64,000 nucleotides of DNA from a virus (taxonomy: Duplodnaviria > Heunggongvirae > Uroviricota > Caudoviricetes). This document shows, one piece after another, positions 18,769-27,756 of this stretch (positions within the stretch are counted from its first letter, which is position 1; every line of letters starts with the position of its first letter). Location of the stretch: IMG/VR virus record IMGVR_UViG_3300042554_002914. One strand, 5' to 3'. A program made the translations under genes and the position numbers. A model generated the notes under the pieces. It was given only the letters and a program-made list of their open reading frames with translations, searched no databases and was not told where the DNA came from.

Positions 18769-19681
18769 TTTGCCTTTCTGCCGAGGCGGCTGCAGCTTCT
18801 TTGATTAGGGATGTACACATCGAAACTTGCTCAGGGGTCAAACTAGAATGGCATGGTCCTTCAATCTCCTCTATGGTGAAATTCTCCGGGTCGCCCCTTA
18901 GTTGTACGGTATATTTCGGCCTTTCTTCCTCCTCAATTAGGATAATTCTAGATTCCCCATTGAGAATTCGGTCCTCTCGGGAAAGTACGCAATTTTTAAC
19001 TTCTCTCCCCCATTTGCCCAACTCGACCGTATCCGCAGGTTGAAACACCTTGTAGTTGTCTTTTCGGTATGGGGTTGAAATTAAGTCGTTACAGTACTTG
19101 GTATTCCCAGTGGATCTCTCAATGTAAAGGGCTGAAATATGGTCGTGGAAATCCCTTAATCTCCATCTACGGGGTCTAGGGACCGGTTCTGAACTTTTCC
19201 TTAGTATTTTATCAAGTTGTTCTAAGGTATCTCTTAATTCGGATTCTATTGTAACCAGGGCCTGTTTGCCGTGAACCCTGCTCAACATATTTAAAAATGA
19301 ACGCAAACTAAGGTTATTGCCGAGCCAGTTTAGGCATTCGGTCGTTGCTAGATTTACACCGTTATTACTATAGAGTCCCCCCAAAGAGATAGACTCAATG
19401 AGTTTTTGGTATGTCTGGAAATGGTCGTTAGGGGAATCGGGCCAAATACGGGACAAGACACTCACGTTTCTCACGTAGTTGGTAAATAAGAATACATGAA
19501 GGTGGGCCCCCCACTCTTCCCCCTGGTCCAGGGCTTGCAAGCGGGTTGAGGCCAGGGTTTTGAAGTATGGGGTCTGCAAGAAGTCGGAAATATGATTTAG
19601 ATCGCAGTCTGCTAGTTGTAACGCTTTGCTCAGTCTTTCCGGGAATTGCAGTTTGAGGAAATCCTTCAGTTCGTATGCCAT
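18746..19681 (-). CDS. PcfJ-like domain protein
   Basis: RDFHDHIS...PADTVELGKWGREVKNCV...IILIEEEERPKYTVQL. Confidence 0.7.
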   Translation of the reverse strand: MAYELKDFLKLQFPERLSKALQLADCDLNHISDFLQTPYFKTLASTRLQALDQGEEWGAHLHVFLFTNYVRNVSVLSRIWPDSPNDHFQTYQKLIESISLGGLYSNNGVNLATTECLNWLGNNLSLRSFLNMLSRVHGKQALVTIESELRDTLEQLDKILRKSSEPVPRPRRWRLRDFHDHISALYIERSTGNTKYCNDLISTPYRKDNYKVFQPADTVELGKWGREVKNCVLSREDRILNGESRIILIEEEERPKYTVQLRGDPENFTIEEIEGPCHSSLTPEQVSMCTSLIKEAAAASAERQNDIACYV

Positions 19682-19792
19682 TTAGGTGAAATTGGTTTCA
19701 GGTTGGTTGGTTGAGGGGTGAATGCCGGCTCCCATCATAGTAGCTTAGGGGTTTTAGACACGGTGCGGTTAACCGAAGGGTACCCTTATAGG

Positions 19793-20194
19793 CTAAGCAT
19801 CGGCAGGCAACCGGTTCAGGGCATCCCGGATTGTTTCAATGTCCTGGCACTGTTCGCGGATGTCATTTGCACCAGATGCTATTGCGTTCAGGGCGGTCAA
19901 GGCTTGTTGGCGTGTTGGTGACGGTTGCCCACCACTTCTCAAGCTGTCTAAGGTTGTTCGTGTTTCACCTTTAAGCTCTCGAATTCTGACCACACTAGCT
20001 TCGATCCTGAGATCGGCATCTCTGAGTTTCTTTTCTAGCTCGGGCAACTCTGAGGCGTCTGGATCCAAAATAGTTGTTGGGTGCAAGGAGCGTAGTTTTT
20101 TGATGATTTGTAATTGTCGGCAATATAATCCGTACACCATAACCATGGTAACCAGTAAGCCAATCGTTAGAAAGATATCGTAGGTTGTAGTCAT
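19793..20194 (-). CDS. Membrane-anchored protein with PT..QAL..IR.AL module
   Basis: N-terminal TM, coiled coil, shared C-terminal module. Confidence 0.7.
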   Translation of the reverse strand: MTTTYDIFLTIGLLVTMVMVYGLYCRQLQIIKKLRSLHPTTILDPDASELPELEKKLRDADLRIEASVVRIRELKGETRTTLDSLRSGGQPSPTRQQALTALNAIASGANDIREQCQDIETIRDALNRLPADA

Positions 20195-20637
20195 TGCGAG
20201 TCCGGTGAGTTTAAGTTGGCAGTTAAAGCCTTGCGAATCGTATCTGTGATTTCTGGCAAGTACTTGCCGTCTTTTTCGATTGTGCCTAGGAATTGTAGAG
20301 CCAACTCGTCTAGAGTTGGGGACTTTGGGCGCCGAATAGCACGAAGAACATTCCCAGATACATACGCTCCATTTATTTCCATAACGTTACAACAGTCATT
20401 CAGTTCACCATCGGCAGCACTTTGCTCTAGGTACTGGATATACTCTCGGAGATATTCTACAATCTTTTCTGGAGTTGGAGTAATTCCTTTCCACTGCCAA
20501 AGAGAAGGGCCGTCACCTCCAATTTCGTCAATGAAATTTGTGAGTGCTTCTGCCCACTGGTTTGATATTTTCTCGTTGGTGTGCCAAAGAACTTCAATTA
20601 TTTCGGGTTCAATGGTGAATTCAAGTTTGGTGGTCAT
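20191..20637 (-). CDS. Hypothetical protein with PT..AL..IR.AL module
   Basis: RRPKSPTLDELAL...DTIRKAL. Confidence 0.7.
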   Translation of the reverse strand: MTTKLEFTIEPEIIEVLWHTNEKISNQWAEALTNFIDEIGGDGPSLWQWKGITPTPEKIVEYLREYIQYLEQSAADGELNDCCNVMEINGAYVSGNVLRAIRRPKSPTLDELALQFLGTIEKDGKYLPEITDTIRKALTANLNSPDSQ

Positions 20638-20646
20638 TGGTTGTTG

Positions 20647-20886
20647 TTATTGGGGGGGGGGGGTTTCAAGTTCGGTTGCGATTGCAAGGATCGATTCTCG
20701 GATTGGATTTCTCTTCTCGTACCAGCAACCTTGGATTTCTTCGTCCTCAAAAGGAACTACTTCGTCAGCAACGACCCTGAGAAACGCAGCGAGGGCATTG
20801 CCGTAATCATCAAAGACGCCAACCTTCTCAGCTACATCATTAAAGGCGTCCCATGCGGCTTGGGTTGTTGGTGAGAGGTTTGGCAT
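20647..20886 (-). CDS. LSP..AQ/IAxEL paralogue family protein
   Basis: LSPTTQAAW...AAFLRVVADEV...ILAIATELE. Confidence 0.75.
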   Translation of the reverse strand: MPNLSPTTQAAWDAFNDVAEKVGVFDDYGNALAAFLRVVADEVVPFEDEEIQGCWYEKRNPIRESILAIATELETPPPQ

Positions 20887-21035
20887 TGGGTGTTACCGTA
20901 ATAAATGTTTCTAGTTCGGGGCAATGTCAAATGTTAGCTTCGTGGGTTTGGTCATGGTTGGGTGGTGGTTAAGTAACTAAGCTTAGCGTTTTAGCACCGC
21001 GAAAACAAGTGTGGAAACCGGCGGTTCCAGGACGG

Positions 21036-21221
21036 CTAACCGACCCTTATCAAGCTACGGATAGCGTCTGCATTTTCCAGGAACCACTCCACTGCTTCCC
21101 AGTTATTTGCATACCAGTCATCTAGGGACTCTAAGTAACCGCCCCCAAAAGTCTCCTCATCATATGGGCGGCGAGGTGATACATGGGGCATGCGGCTAAG
21201 ATTCGGTTTTTGCGATTCCAT
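21036..21221 (-). CDS. Hypothetical protein
   Basis: 61-aa ORF. Confidence 0.55.
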   Translation of the reverse strand: MESQKPNLSRMPHVSPRRPYDEETFGGGYLESLDDWYANNWEAVEWFLENADAIRSLIRVG

Positions 21222-21438
21222 CTAATTCGGTGGCAATATCGCAAAGTTGATCTTTGCAGGAAAGTAGCATTCCGCCTTGAGAGCTTATTTCCGGGTCTAG
21301 AACAAGTTGATCAGCGGCGGCGCGAAGAACGGCAGATGCGATATCCCGGAAGGTGGCTTTGTCATCATTAGCCCAGTTCCAGCCAGCTTCTCGAAGGGCT
21401 TCCAGAACCGCCCGGGATGCAGGGGATAAGTCAGCCAT
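21196..21438 (-). CDS. LSP..AQ/IAxEL paralogue family protein
   Basis: MADLSPASRAVL...AVLRAAADQL...DIATELDG. Confidence 0.75.
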   Translation of the reverse strand: MADLSPASRAVLEALREAGWNWANDDKATFRDIASAVLRAAADQLVLDPEISSQGGMLLSCKDQLCDIATELDGIAKTES

Positions 21439-21781
21439 TGTCACCATCCAGCTCGGCGGCGATCTGAGCGATTCGGCCCATTGCCCCATTCCAACCTCTC
21501 TCATATTCGTCAGGGGCTGAGCCTTCCCAGTCTTCTGTGCCTAGTTTGAGTTGGTCGGTAACGGAATGCAGGCTAGCTGCAATTTGACGGCGGCGTGTTG
21601 TTTCAGTATCGCCGAGTGATATGGGCAAATTCCACGCAGCATCGAATATGGTTTGGGCTGAGGAACTTAAGGGTTTGACATTCTCAGGGTCGGCCATGTG
21701 TAAGAAATATGCGGTGAGGTCGTTTTCTGCTCGTAATTGCAGAGCGGCACGTAAGAGAGGTGGAATCCGTAAATCAGCCAT
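21431..21781 (-). CDS. LSP..AQ/IAxEL paralogue family protein
   Basis: LSSSAQTIF...IAASLHSVTDQL...QIAAELDG. Confidence 0.7.
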   Translation of the reverse strand: MADLRIPPLLRAALQLRAENDLTAYFLHMADPENVKPLSSSAQTIFDAAWNLPISLGDTETTRRRQIAASLHSVTDQLKLGTEDWEGSAPDEYERGWNGAMGRIAQIAAELDGDNG

Positions 21782-22361
21782 TGGAACTATCCAATCCAAA
21801 GGCAATAGCGCGAACATCTTCTGGATGAATGTAGAGAGTCTCGCAATCAACGACCCATGGATATTCCGTGAGGTCAGCAAGGGCGCGGAGGGTGGCAGCG
21901 AGACCTTTGCGGAAATCGTATGTTGGGGCTGAGTCTGAGCCACATGCCGCATCAACAAAAGCATCCTGCAAGGCTTTGGCGGTGGGACTTAGGGATGGCT
22001 TTTTGGATGAAGACACCGATGCAAGAACAGGCTCCTTAACGTATAACACTGATGCTAACCGGCCTGAACGTGTGGGTCGCTGAGTTTCCTTGCCAGTTGA
22101 GGGGTCGGTCCGCTTCTCTAATTGACCCATTTGCACTAATTCCCGACACCGGGCAGAAGCAGTTTGGTGCAACATTGAAAGGTCTTGTTCGATCTCGTCG
22201 CAAGTGGCACCATTGGGTTTGGTTTGGATGTGGTTGAGAACCTTTAGCCTTAGGCTTCCTGCGATTTGGGCAACTGAGTTAGCGGCAGCTTTTTGGGTTT
22301 GGGTGGCGGTTGGCATGGTGGGTTTTAGGTGAGGGTGGTGGGTTTGGGTGGTGGTTGGCAT
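21774..22361 (-). CDS. Winged-HTH-like domain fused to LSP/IAxEL module
   Basis: GATCDEIEQDLSMLHQTASARCRELV; C-terminal LSPTAKAL...LRALAD. Confidence 0.7.
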   Translation of the reverse strand: MPTTTQTHHPHLKPTMPTATQTQKAAANSVAQIAGSLRLKVLNHIQTKPNGATCDEIEQDLSMLHQTASARCRELVQMGQLEKRTDPSTGKETQRPTRSGRLASVLYVKEPVLASVSSSKKPSLSPTAKALQDAFVDAACGSDSAPTYDFRKGLAATLRALADLTEYPWVVDCETLYIHPEDVRAIAFGLDSSNG

Positions 22362-22592
22362 GGTGAGTGAGACCCCTCGTAGCTACTATGGCAGGCAAGC
22401 TAGGTGCGGCGGTGCTTTTACTATCAGCAGTTTGACCCTTAGGCATAGTGACCCACTGCTCTAGCATAAAAGTCATTAAGTGCCTTAAGCACATCAGGCT
22501 CTAACACAACCACAGGTTCATTACGGTGGTCATTTACCATTAGAGAAACGGCATATCCGTCAAACTGGGCATATACGCCATCGCCCAAATAG

Positions 22593-22847
22593 TCAATCCA
22601 GGGGTCTTTCATTATCAGTAGTTGAATTTGTGATCATTACAGCCATCTCCATCCAACCCCCCATAGTTGATGGGGCGGATAGCCTAATAATACGGGTAAA
22701 CCAGTCCTTGTACCGGCCAGTGTAGGGGAATATGTCAAGAATAATGGATAAGCCATCAGCATTACCGCTAAACCATGTGGGGTACTTATCCCCTGCCTTG
22801 AGTATATTTGGGCCATTGGAATTCCTCCAATTCAGAGGCAATGGCAC
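22593..22847 (-). CDS. Hypothetical protein
   Basis: 84-aa ORF. Confidence 0.55.
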   Translation of the reverse strand: MPLPLNWRNSNGPNILKAGDKYPTWFSGNADGLSIILDIFPYTGRYKDWFTRIIRLSAPSTMGGWMEMAVMITNSTTDNERPLD

Positions 22848-23079
22848 GGATTTTCTGTCGTGTAAGTTGGGTTTGTTGGTCCATACCCCAAATCATAGCA
22901 TCTCTCCCGCTATTAAGATTCTCTTGGGGTTTGAGAAACATGTGGGGGGTTACCTCATCCGCAACGGCGCGGAGGGCTGAGGCCAGGCGCTCTGGGTCGC
23001 CTTCTAAGTAAATGCCATTTTCGGATGCGCTCCAGGCATTCAGAACCGCTAGCGAGGCAGGAGAAAGGAATTTAGTCAC
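22786..23079 (-). CDS. LSP..AQ/IAxEL paralogue family protein
   Basis: LSPASLAVL...ASALRAVADEV...RAIASELE. Confidence 0.75.
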   Translation of the reverse strand: MTKFLSPASLAVLNAWSASENGIYLEGDPERLASALRAVADEVTPHMFLKPQENLNSGRDAMIWGMDQQTQLTRQKIRAIASELEEFQWPKYTQGRG

Positions 23080-23131
23080 AGGGGTCTCAAAAATGTCAGA
23101 TTTGCAGAAGGGGCGTGATACTTTGGTTCAG

Positions 23132-23401
23132 TCATTGTAATGTCAACGCACGGTCGGCTTCATACGTGAGCAGGGCTCGAAGTTGTTTCCGGAAATCGTA
23201 CTCATGCTCTACCAATCCGCCCCACCAAATGTGGTCTAATGGTTCTTCTTCTGGTACAAGCCAGTCGCGAATAGCTCGGATTCGAGCAGCATTGTAGTCT
23301 TCGTCGTTTAAACACTCATTGGTGTTTCGTTCTATTGCCAGAAGTTTATTCTCTGCGTCATCTATAGCTTGCCACAGTCTAGGGCCGGATTTTGTACTCA
23401 T
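23132..23401 (-). CDS. Hypothetical protein
   Basis: AARIRAIRDWLVPEE...LTYEADRA. Confidence 0.65.
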   Translation of the reverse strand: MSTKSGPRLWQAIDDAENKLLAIERNTNECLNDEDYNAARIRAIRDWLVPEEEPLDHIWWGGLVEHEYDFRKQLRALLTYEADRALTLQ

Positions 23402-23607
23402 TAGGTCTCTTCGTTTGGTTCAAGCGTTGAGTTCATTGATCTGCAGGCGCTTATCTTTAGGCCGTACAGGACGCCGCTTTTACTTACCTCATTAAAATAG
23501 TCACTCCAATGTGTATACGGCTCTGGGGGCAGACCCGAAAATACGCAATTGGTGATGTGAGATAAAGGACTGTTGGTATTCATTGGTGGGTGATTGTCAG
23601 TGGTCAT
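23401..23607 (-). CDS. Hypothetical protein
   Basis: 68-aa ORF abutting next gene. Confidence 0.5.
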   Translation of the reverse strand: MTTDNHPPMNTNSPLSHITNCVFSGLPPEPYTHWSDYFNEVSKSGVLYGLKISACRSMNSTLEPNEET

Positions 23608-23736
23608 TGGTGGATGGTTTGGTGGTTTGATGGTTTCAGTGTCATCGTCTTGTTATGGTATCTTAGCCAATTTACCATTTGGCCGAACGTTTTTTTTTCG
23701 AGAGTTTTGGTTTACTTTGGTCCATATTTTCAAAAG

Positions 23737-23862
23737 TCATCGTAATTGGCTCACTAAGAATATGGCTAATCCTATGTAGATAACTCCTGCTACAACCACA
23801 GTGCCAACGGCACCAGCGGCACCGTAAAGAAGCCAAAGTGGAATTGTGAATGTGAATGTCAT
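23737..23862 (-). CDS. Small TM peptide, MTxTIPxWLL family (41 aa)
   Basis: Manual translation MTFTFTIPLWLLYGAAGAVGTVVVAGVIYIGLAIFLVSQLR. Confidence 0.7.
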   Translation of the reverse strand: MTFTFTIPLWLLYGAAGAVGTVVVAGVIYIGLAIFLVSQLR

Positions 23863-23931
23863 TGGGTGCTTATGGTAATAATCAAAGGTGCGAGAAAGGG
23901 TGTCGTGACAAGGTGTTGGCCATAATTAGTA

Positions 23932-24063
23932 TCACCATGGCCCATTGGGGCCGGTAACAAGTCCTACGAAAATAAAAACCCCTAAACACATAAACGCTAA
24001 TGCCACAAGTGCGGCAAAGCCTCCTACTGTGTATAGCAGCCAGATTGGAATTGTGAATGTCAT
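23932..24063 (-). CDS. Small TM peptide, MTxTIPxWLL family (43 aa)
   Basis: MTFTIPIWLLYTVGGFAALVALAFMCLGVFIFVGLVTGPNGPW. Confidence 0.7.
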   Translation of the reverse strand: MTFTIPIWLLYTVGGFAALVALAFMCLGVFIFVGLVTGPNGPW

Positions 24064-24182
24064 TGCAGTTTAATTGATCGAAGGTAGTGAAGCGCCAAGG
24101 CTCCGAAGCAAGCTAGGGCAAGCGTCACAATAATTGCACCGCCTCCTACAAATAAGAGCCAGATTGGGATGGTCACTGTCAT
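24060..24182 (-). CDS. Small TM peptide, MTxTIPxWLL family (40 aa)
   Basis: MTVTIPIWLLFVGGGAIIVTLALACFGALALHYLRSIKLQ; ATGA overlaps at both ends. Confidence 0.7.
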   Translation of the reverse strand: MTVTIPIWLLFVGGGAIIVTLALACFGALALHYLRSIKLQ

Positions 24183-24655
24183 TGGCGAACCTCAGGTGTA
24201 GCCCCTAGTGCGCGACGAATGATGTCGCATTGGTCGGATGTGAGTTTCACCCCTGACTTACCGCACGTCTCAAGTAAACGCAAGGCCTGTTCTTTTGGGG
24301 TCGGAGGTTGTGGGCGCCGAGCGCTGCGCAGTTTGTAGGTATCAACGTTGAGATCTAGGTCTTCAAGCCACTCACAGCAAGCTACCAATTCCATGTCGGC
24401 CGCCCATTTTATCAATGAGTCGATTTCTTCGAAGGAGAGCATCCAACCTTGCATACCGTTTATACTCTGGTCGGGTGATGCCTCCTTGAGTTTACGGATT
24501 TGGCAGTTTATTTGGTCTCGGGTGAGTGTCGGCGGGTCAAGGTTGGTCATTGTGGTTAGATCGTTGGTTGGCGGAATGTTGTCTCGTGATTTCATACGAT
24601 TGATTGCATTAAGCATTTTTCTAGGTGTTCTTTTCGAAGGTTGTCCCAACACCAA
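24179..24655 (-). CDS. Hypothetical protein with PT.KEQAL..IRRAL module
   Basis: WAADMELVACCEWL...LRSARRPQPPTPKEQAL. Confidence 0.7.
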   Translation of the reverse strand: MVLGQPSKRTPRKMLNAINRMKSRDNIPPTNDLTTMTNLDPPTLTRDQINCQIRKLKEASPDQSINGMQGWMLSFEEIDSLIKWAADMELVACCEWLEDLDLNVDTYKLRSARRPQPPTPKEQALRLLETCGKSGVKLTSDQCDIIRRALGATPEVRQ

Positions 24656-24858
24656 GCTCTATAGTCTTTTCGGGTTGGTTCTTCTACGTGAGTGTCGTAC
24701 CAAAAGGCTAAGAACTCTGATTCCATATCGAGTCCCGCCTGGTGCAGGGAGCCTGGTCCCCTAGCGTCCATGATTTTCTGGAGAGATATGGGTAATCCGG
24801 TTTCTTCTACCGGGTGTTGGTTGTTGTTCATTGGCTTAGACAATGGGGTGACATTCAT
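24592..24858 (-). CDS. Hypothetical protein
   Basis: 88-aa ORF. Confidence 0.55.
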   Translation of the reverse strand: MNVTPLSKPMNNNQHPVEETGLPISLQKIMDARGPGSLHQAGLDMESEFLAFWYDTHVEEPTRKDYRAWCWDNLRKEHLEKCLMQSIV

Positions 24859-25117
24859 CGCATATCATCATAATAAAGAGTCATTCTACGGTCGCATAGC
24901 TTGCACTTGTGGCATTCGCAATGGAAGTCGGACCATGTTTCTAGCATGTTCGGGCTTGACCATGACTCTTGTTCGGTGTTGCATCTTGTGGTTTTATCGA
25001 AGACATTATTCATCTTTATTGCGGGTTAATGTCCTTAGCAATTCAGGGTGTGAGGTCATTGCGGAATGCAATCCATAGGCGCTTAAAGACATTGTACTCA
25101 CAGAAATCGTGAACCCT

Positions 25118-25660
25118 TCACCTGAGATCAAAAAGTTTGTCATTGGTTGACAGGTACCTATCATTCAAAGAGGCATTCGTGCTTAAGGCATCGTTGAGTT
25201 TTTCCTCTAGTTTAGATTTTTCCTGCCTGGTTTGGGTGAGGCTTTCAAGGCACTTCTCTAACTTGCCAGTCTCTACCCTATTCTCATGCTCTAACTTTGA
25301 GATTTTTCCTGCAACTTTTTCTTCATTAAATACGTGCCATAGGATTCTTTCTAGTTCGGGTTCGACGGCGAACAGGTGGTGGTAGGTGTCTACGGTGTCG
25401 TAAGTTTCTAAGTCCTTATGGGTATCATACAATTTCCACGGTCCCGGGGGAGAAATTCTAGGGATGCCCTGGGTTATCCTAAACGATTTACATACGTGGT
25501 GCAAAGGTAGGTAGGTCTCTTTTAAATACGATGGAATATACAAGGATGGTCCTCCTTCAACCCGGAGAGGAGACACTTCCTCAGTCATGTATCTCACACT
25601 TTCGTGATTGTATACCGGAATGACTTTAGATTGAAGGGTGTATAAGGTGGCGGTTTGCAT
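25118..25660 (-). CDS. Hypothetical coiled-coil protein
   Basis: 180 aa; frame stays open to 25043 after the TGA. Confidence 0.7.
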   Translation of the reverse strand: MQTATLYTLQSKVIPVYNHESVRYMTEEVSPLRVEGGPSLYIPSYLKETYLPLHHVCKSFRITQGIPRISPPGPWKLYDTHKDLETYDTVDTYHHLFAVEPELERILWHVFNEEKVAGKISKLEHENRVETGKLEKCLESLTQTRQEKSKLEEKLNDALSTNASLNDRYLSTNDKLFDLR

Positions 25661-25704
25661 TTTGTTGCTGGTAGATTATGCGATGGTATTCGATGGATAG
25701 GCAA

Positions 25705-26124
25705 TCAGACGGGGGGCCGATAGAACCCGACGCCAGCAACCTCTTCCCAAAGCTGCCGCATCGTTACTAGTATAGCAGCTTGGTGCTTAGAGTCAAGCAG
25801 TCCGAAATCGTGGCGGTATCGCATGGCCATGGACTCAAGGAGAGCCGGGTCGGGCTGTATGGGAAAGTTAATAGCTTTGTCGTTTACCATATCAACATTA
25901 ATCGCATGATAGTCGTTAATTCCCGATTTAGACACGATCCAGTCCCCGTCCCAGCGCTCAAAGGTGATCCATCGTTTGGTGCCAGGACATTTGGTTACCC
26001 TTAGTCTGTCACCTCGCTTTAAGGTGGTTTTGGCCTGAGCTGTTGCCAGGTGGCAAATTCGTTTCCTTTCGGAGTGGTCGGGTGTTTCAGTTTTAGGGTC
26101 TTGGGCAAGTTCTAAGTCAGTCAT
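25705..26124 (-). CDS. Hypothetical protein
   Basis: 139-aa ORF. Confidence 0.7.
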   Translation of the reverse strand: MTDLELAQDPKTETPDHSERKRICHLATAQAKTTLKRGDRLRVTKCPGTKRWITFERWDGDWIVSKSGINDYHAINVDMVNDKAINFPIQPDPALLESMAMRYRHDFGLLDSKHQAAILVTMRQLWEEVAGVGFYRPPV

Positions 26125-26141
26125 TGGGAGGTGGTATTTAT

Positions 26142-26348
26142 TTAGTTTGGGCGGCGATTCCAGGCTTCAATCAGCGGCTCCGGGGTCTCTCCGGCAACTT
26201 CCATGCCAGCGGGGCATTCTTCGCAATCTATCCACCATGTTGGAGCGTAAGTATCTCCGTGATAGTCGGTGCAGTGCGGGCCTCTAAGGTTTATGCTTCC
26301 GCAATGGGGACATGGCTTGAGCGTGGTTGGGGACTCTGTGTCTTTCAT
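26142..26348 (-). CDS. Lar-family restriction alleviation protein
   Basis: LKPCPHCG...IDCEECPA...AWNRR signature. Confidence 0.8.
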   Translation of the reverse strand: MKDTESPTTLKPCPHCGSINLRGPHCTDYHGDTYAPTWWIDCEECPAGMEVAGETPEPLIEAWNRRPN

Positions 26349-26842
26349 GGTTTTTCGTTCGTGGTTGTTGAGGGATCCCGCATTCTACTTTTGAAATGAT
26401 TCTCAATGTCGTTATCATCAGTGCTCACATGGGTTCTGTTGGGGTATTTTCTTATTGTTTTGCCCCATGGTCCATCGGCCACATTAACCATTCGTGTAAG
26501 TTGATAGGGACAATATTGGCCATACAGTTCCCAAATGCGCCTCAAGAGTGGGATTCTAGAGTCGTATTCTCGAAGAGTGGGGTAACCGTCGGGGAGTGAA
26601 AGGCAGGACGGAATTGGCTCACATCCAAACTCCCCAGCAAAGCCATAAATACTTTGAAATCCAGGTCCCCATGGCATCATCGTCACTACTTCGCTAATGA
26701 GGGGCTTACCAAATAGGGCCAGGTGCCACCCATAAGCGAAGTATACGAGTTTTTGCAACTTGGATAGCGTGATTTGCTGGTCATCTCGCCTAGCAGCATC
26801 TATGAACCAGTTGGCCACGGATAAGGTTTCTGGGTTATTCAT
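26345..26842 (-). CDS. Panacea/SocA-like (DUF4065, GepA) antitoxin-domain protein
   Basis: VANWFI...ITLSKLQKLVYFAYGWHLA...PL...WGP...GPW. Confidence 0.85.
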   Translation of the reverse strand: MNNPETLSVANWFIDAARRDDQQITLSKLQKLVYFAYGWHLALFGKPLISEVVTMMPWGPGFQSIYGFAGEFGCEPIPSCLSLPDGYPTLREYDSRIPLLRRIWELYGQYCPYQLTRMVNVADGPWGKTIRKYPNRTHVSTDDNDIENHFKSRMRDPSTTTNEKP

Positions 26843-26921
26843 TTATTTTCCGAATTATTCCAGGGCAACATCAAAGCGATGCTTTGTCGCAGGGGTTCTA
26901 GCCAATCATCTTCAGGGTGTA

Positions 26922-27221
26922 TCATATTAGGGATCTTAGCGGTATACCACAGGCCTTCAGCCAAAGGGTATCGCGGCCGATGCGATCGGCGATCACCTTA
27001 AGCTCAGAAATATCGCATGGTACCCCCATCCAGAATACTTCTGGATCCACACAGGCAGACCCGGCATGGAACCCCTGAGCCTTAATAAGAATGTGGCCAT
27101 CATCATCCATACCGTATTCTTGCCCATTGGCATCCGTCACAGTATTTCCCGCCAGCAAAACTCGAAGTAGGATTTCTATGGGTTCTTTGAGACTTGTGGG
27201 TTCTTTACCAGTTACAGTCAT
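26922..27221 (-). CDS. Hypothetical protein
   Basis: 99-aa ORF. Confidence 0.65.
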   Translation of the reverse strand: MTVTGKEPTSLKEPIEILLRVLLAGNTVTDANGQEYGMDDDGHILIKAQGFHAGSACVDPEVFWMGVPCDISELKVIADRIGRDTLWLKACGIPLRSLI

Positions 27222-27559
27222 ACTCCTAGCCCCACAACATCACGCAAGGTGCCGTCCGAATCGCGAAGAATCACATTGCCCCCTTGCCGACGGGTATCTA
27301 TTGCTTTTTTGTAAAGGGCCATGGCGCGGCGGAAGATTTCACCACGGGAATGGCCTGTCTGTTCAACAAGGTCTTGCATGTCCTGGGCGAGGTCAAGTGG
27401 CATAATTACATCGAAGCGGCGTGGCGGTGGTTGTCGATTCACTTCCTCACCCCATTCCGACATATACATTTCATTGAATTTTTTGGCCTTTACGTGATCT
27501 AATTTTATGGCGGTAAATAGCTGTTCGAGTTTTTGATTGAACTTCTCTTCTGTATTCAT
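27218..27559 (-). CDS. Ribbon-helix-helix (CopG-like) protein
   Basis: RFDVIMPLDLAQDMQDLVEQTGHSRGEIFRRAMALY. Confidence 0.7.
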   Translation of the reverse strand: MNTEEKFNQKLEQLFTAIKLDHVKAKKFNEMYMSEWGEEVNRQPPPRRFDVIMPLDLAQDMQDLVEQTGHSRGEIFRRAMALYKKAIDTRRQGGNVILRDSDGTLRDVVGLGV

Positions 27560-27756
27560 GGTAGGTTTCCGTAAGTCTGCAGGAGCTTGGTGGCAAAGTC
27601 CACCACGATGTCCCGAATGTCGGTATCTTCAACAGAGGGAGAACAAGCGCCCCCGTAAGAATTTTCGTAGACTAAGTCCGTTGAAACAGCCAACGCAATG
27701 ATTTGGTCTGTGGGGGAGTGGTGGGGGACGGTGACTGGTTGACGCATCGGTGGCAT
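27556..27756 (-). CDS. Hypothetical protein
   Basis: 66-aa ORF with ATGA overlap. Confidence 0.5.
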   Translation of the reverse strand: MPPMRQPVTVPHHSPTDQIIALAVSTDLVYENSYGGACSPSVEDTDIRDIVVDFATKLLQTYGNLP

